Assembly: GCA_045863235.1 (NCBI GenBank)
Contig: BTUM01000139.1
Span: forward strand, 1 to 11,832
From: Candidatus Xenobia bacterium
GTDB taxonomy: Bacteria; Vulcanimicrobiota; Xenobia; Xenobiales; QWHO01
Direction of reading: 5' to 3'
Length of the DNA stretch: 11,832 nucleotides
A program made the translations under genes and the position numbers. Positions within the stretch are counted from its first letter, which is position 1. Every line of letters starts with the position of its first letter. The notes below the pieces were generated by a model. It was not told the DNA's origin. It was given only the letters and a program-made list of their open reading frames with translations, and did no database searches. Of the stretch, positions 8,712 through 11,832 are shown one piece after another.

Positions 8712-8741
8712 TTGACCAGGCATGCCTGGTCAAGCTATAAT
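8712..8741 (+). promoter_or_regulatory. Sigma70 promoter with an overlapping perfect palindromic operator (TA autoregulation)
   Basis: TTGACC (8712-8717), an 18-nt spacer, then TATAAT (8736-8741). Perfect 22-bp palindrome TTGACCAGGCATGCCTGGTCAA at 8712-8733. GTG start lies 6 nt after the -10. Confidence 0.85.
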
Positions 8742-8747
8742 TTCGGC

Positions 8748-8969
8748 GTGAAACAGGTAAATGTCTACGAGGCAAAGACCCATCTCTCCCGACTTCTGCA
8801 AGAGGCACTCGCGGGTGAAGAGGTGGTCATCGCTCGAGATGGAGTTCCGCTGGTTCGTCTGGTTCCGGTGGCTGATTCGGAGCCTCGCCCCTTGCTCGGT
8901 CTTATGAAGGAGATCTGGATTGCTGACGATTTTGATGCTCCGCTGGATGATTTTGCTGACTACCGATGA
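8748..8969 (+). CDS. Type II antitoxin, Phd/YefM family (VapB role), 73 aa
   Basis: MKQVNVYEAKTHLSRLLQEALAGEEVVIARDGVPLVRLVP is a classic Phd motif. Acidic tail IWIADDFDAPLDDFADY. ATGA overlap with the toxin gene. Confidence 0.93.
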   Translation: MKQVNVYEAKTHLSRLLQEALAGEEVVIARDGVPLVRLVPVADSEPRPLLGLMKEIWIADDFDAPLDDFADYR

Positions 8970-9351
8970 CGGCGTTTCTCCTCGACACGCACACCTTTCT
9001 GTGGGCCCTGAAAGACTCCGAGAATCTGAGCTCTGAGGCTCGAAAAAGACTGTCCGGCTCTTCCCCCCAATGCATATTGAGCCTGGGCTCGATCTGGGAG
9101 CTCTCCATCAAACTCGGGCTCGGAAAGCTAACCCTGCCCGAAAGTCTTGGCAGCTGCCTGACCCCGCCAGGCGATCTGGGCTCCGCCTCTTGTCCATCGA
9201 AGTCGACCACCTGCTGCGGGTCGAGCATCTGCCCGCCCATCACCGGGATCCCTTCGACCGGCTGTTGATCGCTCAGTGCCTCGCTGAGTCGCTCCCAATC
9301 CTCAGTTGTGACGAGATTTTTGACCGATACGGCGTGGCTCGATTCTGGTAG
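8966..9351 (+). pseudogene. vapC: PIN-domain toxin (VapC family), 1-nt frameshift near 9162-9165 (real or sequencing error)
   Basis: N-half LLDTHTFLW...SIWELSIKLGLGKL is in ORF 8966..9268 and C-half LPAHHRDPFDRLLIAQ...LSCDEIFDRYGV is in ORF 9070..9351. One extra C in the CCCC run restores a 128-aa protein. Confidence 0.9.
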
Positions 9352-9356
9352 TAAGT

Positions 9357-9382
9357 CTCAGTACCAGGTTCAAGTAGCCGAG
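9357..9382 (+). repeat. Direct repeat copy 2 (26 bp, att-like)
   Basis: CTCAGTACCAGGTTCAAGTAGCCGAG, 5 nt after the vapC stop. Would encode LSTRFK* versus LNTRFK* in copy 1. Confidence 0.85.
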
Positions 9383-9606
9383 ATACGAACGAGCTCGCTA
9401 GCGGTCAGCCGGCAACTCCTTGCGCACTCCCCGGGTCCACTCGGCATCATCCCGGGCAGGGGCTTCTAGCGGCACGAAGGCGCTGCGCTCGCAGGTCACG
9501 GCCAGCCGGGATAGCTCGGCCGTTCGTCAGCGAGAGGGTGTCTGTTGTCGGTGCTGGGCCCGCAATGAAGGGGGAGATTCCAGTTCGGCGCCCGAAATTG
9601 CAGGTC

Positions 9607-10284
9607 ATGTCCCTCCAATTGCCGCGTGGGAGCGATCTTCCAGATACCGATGGAGAGCCCATGGATTCCGAATGGGTGGTGGACCAGACCCGCCTGTATC
9701 TCATCGAGCCCTTACGCGAGTATTTCCGAGCCAAGAACATCATGGCTTTCGTCGGGGGCAACTCGTTCGTCTACTACGAGCCCCCCGCCACCAACCTGGG
9801 GCCGGACTTCTACGTGGTGCGGGGTGGACTGCAGCGAGGCCAGACCAAATGGGTCGCCTGGGAGGAGGGCGGACTGCTGCCCACCACCATCATCGAGTTT
9901 CTCTCACCCAGCACCGAGACGCGAGATCGGGGCGAGAAGTTCTGCATCTATCGGGACGTCTTCCGGACCGAGAACTACGTCCTCGTCGACCCGGACACGC
10001 TGTACGTGGAGAGTTTCGTTCTGGAAGGGGGCCACTATGTGGCCGGGAAGCCCGACGCGGACGGCTGGTTCTTCCTCAACTCTCTGGGCTTGAGCCTGGG
10101 AGTGGTGGATGGCTGGCTTCGCTTGCGCTCCCCCGACGGGGAGCTGCTGGTTACCGCCAGAGAGCAAGCCCTGTCCGAGCGCCAGCGGGCGGATGCCGAG
10201 CGCCAGCGGGCGGATGCCGAACGCCAGCGGGCGGACCGGCTGGCTGACAGGCTGCGCGAGCTGGGCCTTGACGAGACCAGCTGA
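9607..10284 (+). CDS. Uma2 (DUF820) family PD-(D/E)xK putative endonuclease with a C-terminal coiled coil
   Basis: LPDTDGEPMDS, GPDFYVVRG, WVAWEEGG..P..IIEFLSPST...DRGEK..IY, Y.LVDP and the ERQRADA tail ending LADRLRELG. Start placed at ATG 9607. Confidence 0.92.
   Translation: MSLQLPRGSDLPDTDGEPMDSEWVVDQTRLYLIEPLREYFRAKNIMAFVGGNSFVYYEPPATNLGPDFYVVRGGLQRGQTKWVAWEEGGLLPTTIIEFLSPSTETRDRGEKFCIYRDVFRTENYVLVDPDTLYVESFVLEGGHYVAGKPDADGWFFLNSLGLSLGVVDGWLRLRSPDGELLVTAREQALSERQRADAERQRADAERQRADRLADRLRELGLDETS
10175..10235 (+). repeat. 21-bp coding tandem repeat, ~2.9 copies (ERQRADA heptads)
   Basis: CCGAGCGCCAGCGGGCGGATG twice, plus CCGAACGCCAGCGGGCGGA. Confidence 0.9.
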
Positions 10285-10895
10285 GGACCGCCAACAGAGC
10301 GTAATGGTTGGGCATGTGGCCTGCTGCTGTCGAGCCTTGGGAGTTTAAGCCGCCTGTAAGGCTCTCGGCCCTTGCTGCATCCTCACCTATGTGCCACCTC
10401 GGCCAGCTTCCCGGGGTGCGGCCGAGCCATGCTGCAAGCTCGGACTGCGTGGACAGTTCCTTCCGGGAGCCTTCGCCGAGCCCCTCGGCCCAGGGCCCAG
10501 GACGGAAATGGCGCAGGTGGAGGCGCCCCAGGCACTTTCTCGGTCAGAGCCGGCCTCGGAGCCCCCCGAGCGTGCCCTGGCCCTGCTCTCTTTGCAGGTG
10601 GACACTGGCCTGGCGGCCCCGAGTCGGCGCAGTGGCCACCCCCTCGAGTCGGCCCGGGCCCGTGCGACGATAAGCCATCACTATGCCTGCCTGGTTCTTC
10701 CGCTTCGGCGCGCCCTCACGGCTGAAGGCCGGAGGCCGGAACAGGCGGCGCGGGCTTGCACGAGTTGGCCGCAGCCCCGGACATTGTCCAAACTACCATT
10801 TCGGTCTGTATGTCTGGGTCGACGTTGTCTCCGAAGCGTTCCTTCGGACTTGATTTGAGCCATCCTCATCGAGCTTGCTGGGCTTCGAATGTACC

Positions 10896-11258
10896 TCAGA
10901 GGTCAGTGGTTTCTCCGGAATCCTCAAACAGCTCAACCGCTTTGGCGGCGAAATCCAGCGCCTCGCTAATCATAGAGGGTTGACCGATATTAGGGCCCGG
11001 GTTGGTCAATCTCATGAAGCTAGCTCTGCCACAAGAGGGACAACTAATTTTGCGCTCCAGTACGTTCGGATCCAATCTGCTAAAAAAATCCTCTACAACC
11101 AACGTCGCTTCATGACAAACAGGACACTTGACTACTGCCGCTGGGTCTACTGAGAAGAGCTTTCCAATCTCAATTGTTGCGCGAACCGCTGCACTCAGGC
11201 TCGCACCCTTCGCCTGTAAAATGTCATTTGTAATGCCTGGGCCATCAGAATCGGTCAC
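10896..11258 (-). CDS. Hypothetical Zn-ribbon protein (CPVC...CPSC), 120 aa; candidate orphan immunity protein
   Basis: GTG start with AGGAGG 10 nt upstream. Two CPxC motifs. AT-richer than core genes (line 11041-11100 has 25/60 G+C). Confidence 0.75.
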   Translation of the reverse strand: MTDSDGPGITNDILQAKGASLSAAVRATIEIGKLFSVDPAAVVKCPVCHEATLVVEDFFSRLDPNVLERKISCPSCGRASFMRLTNPGPNIGQPSMISEALDFAAKAVELFEDSGETTDL

Positions 11259-11356
11259 GGCGATGGAACCTCCTGATGGCTCGATTTATCAGTGGCACTA
11301 GTTTCCCTGGCGGCAAACCCTGCGGAAAGTGAAGGATGGTCTTTATCAAAGATTCT

Positions 11357-11558
11357 TCAGACATAAGGCTTTAGGGCAAGAACGAAGCCATTCTCGCCGA
11401 AGAGGTAAGTCCTTCGGCTGTTCTGGGCGTCGCGCGCCAGGGTGAGCGAAACCACGGCCGTGCTCAGGTCGTCGGCGTCGTAACCCGAAAGTGATGCCCT
11501 TGCATCCGTTCACGGTGCGCCCGATGGTGCGGAAATTGTTGTCGTAAGTCCAGGCCCA
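11357..11558 (-). pseudogene. RHS/YD-repeat protein remnant
   Basis: Removing one G at 11484-11486 gives WAWTYDNNFRTIGRTVNGCKGITFGYDADDLSTAVVSLTLARDAQNSRR. This has two YD repeats and resembles the YDxxFR...VNG...ITFGYDxDxL...LTLxRDxQN pattern of teneurin-like RHS cores. No start codon. Confidence 0.7.
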
Positions 11559-11668
11559 TCTAAGAGAAAACTTCCAACCAAACCCCAGTTTGCCCCCTCC
11601 CAGTCTGCCGCTCCGTGATGCCCTCGCTCGAGGCGCAGAAGGCCTCTTCTGGCTCTTGCAAGCCCCTC

Positions 11669-11832
11669 TCAGGCAATTTCTCCCTCCCGAGCCTCCAGAT
11701 AGCCCGAAAGGCCACTGCAATGAGGCAAAATTTCCTGATAACCACGCCATTCTAAGGCATCGCTGCTTTTGACAGCTGGACCCCGTTTCGTGTAATCTAA
11801 CAGTGCGAATGTTCACGATGCTCAGCAAAGCC
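11669..11832 (-). CDS. 3' end of a possible SMI1/KNR4 (SUKH)-like immunity protein; partial and apparently frameshifted near 11810
   Basis: A frame not in the track reads TFALLDYTKRGPAVKSSDALEWRGYQEILPHCSGLSGYLEAREGEIA*. LDY...GPxV and the terminal LxxYLE helix resemble SUKH C-termini. In-frame stops occur just upstream. Confidence 0.4.

Larger units (their letters stand above)
8460..9382. mobile_element. Putative ~0.9-kb direct-repeat-bounded insertion carrying a TA module, no integrase
   Basis: 26-bp direct repeats 897 bp apart flank the antitoxin-toxin pair. The antitoxin uses more T-ending codons than core genes such as nagZ. Confidence 0.55.

Noticed and set aside
8460..9382. Direct repeats considered as CRISPR repeats, integron attC or dif sites
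   Set aside because: Only two copies 897 bp apart. No RYYYAAC/GTTRRRY palindromic structure and no resemblance to the XerC/D dif consensus.
9397..9525. Minus-strand GC3-rich fragment TAELSRLAVTCERSAFVPLEAPARDDAEWTRGVRKELPADR*
   Set aside because: No start codon, an in-frame stop immediately upstream, and no recognisable family. Possibly a gene remnant but unsupported.
10308..10858. Overlapping plus-strand ORFs after uma2
   Set aside because: No clear RBS, codon bias or motifs. At most a degraded remnant.
11311..11345. GGCAAACC...GAAA...GG resembling a c-di-GMP-I riboswitch
   Set aside because: The stem around GAAA does not pair, the GACGCAAAGC element is missing, and it is antisense to the local genes.
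11346..11828. 160-aa minus-strand ORF taken as a single gene
   Set aside because: Chimeric reading. Only WTYDNNFR...ITFG is protein-like (RHS remnant), and the rest is better explained by other frames.

Overview
GC-rich bacterial window. Left part: a 5'-partial DivK/CheY-like response regulator (minus strand), a secreted-protein gene split by two 1-nt frameshifts, a tandem pair of paralogous glycine-zipper membrane proteins of unknown family, a 745-aa orphan protein, a Zn-finger/TM/TerB-domain protein, a two-domain GH3 beta-N-acetylhexosaminidase (nagZ-like), a Pro/Gly-rich small protein and a small secreted protein. Right, accessory part: a Phd/YefM antitoxin plus PIN (VapC) toxin module with a perfect 22-bp palindromic operator on a leaderless promoter. 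The module is bracketed by a 26-bp direct repeat that duplicates the 3' end of the upstream gene, which suggests an integrase-less insertion of about 0.9 kb. A Uma2-family endonuclease follows, then an AT-richer minus-strand tail containing a Zn-ribbon protein, a frameshifted RHS/YD-repeat remnant and a possible SMI1/KNR4-like gene end, i.e. a probable decayed polymorphic toxin/immunity array. All family assignments come from motif recognition by eye; no searches were run.
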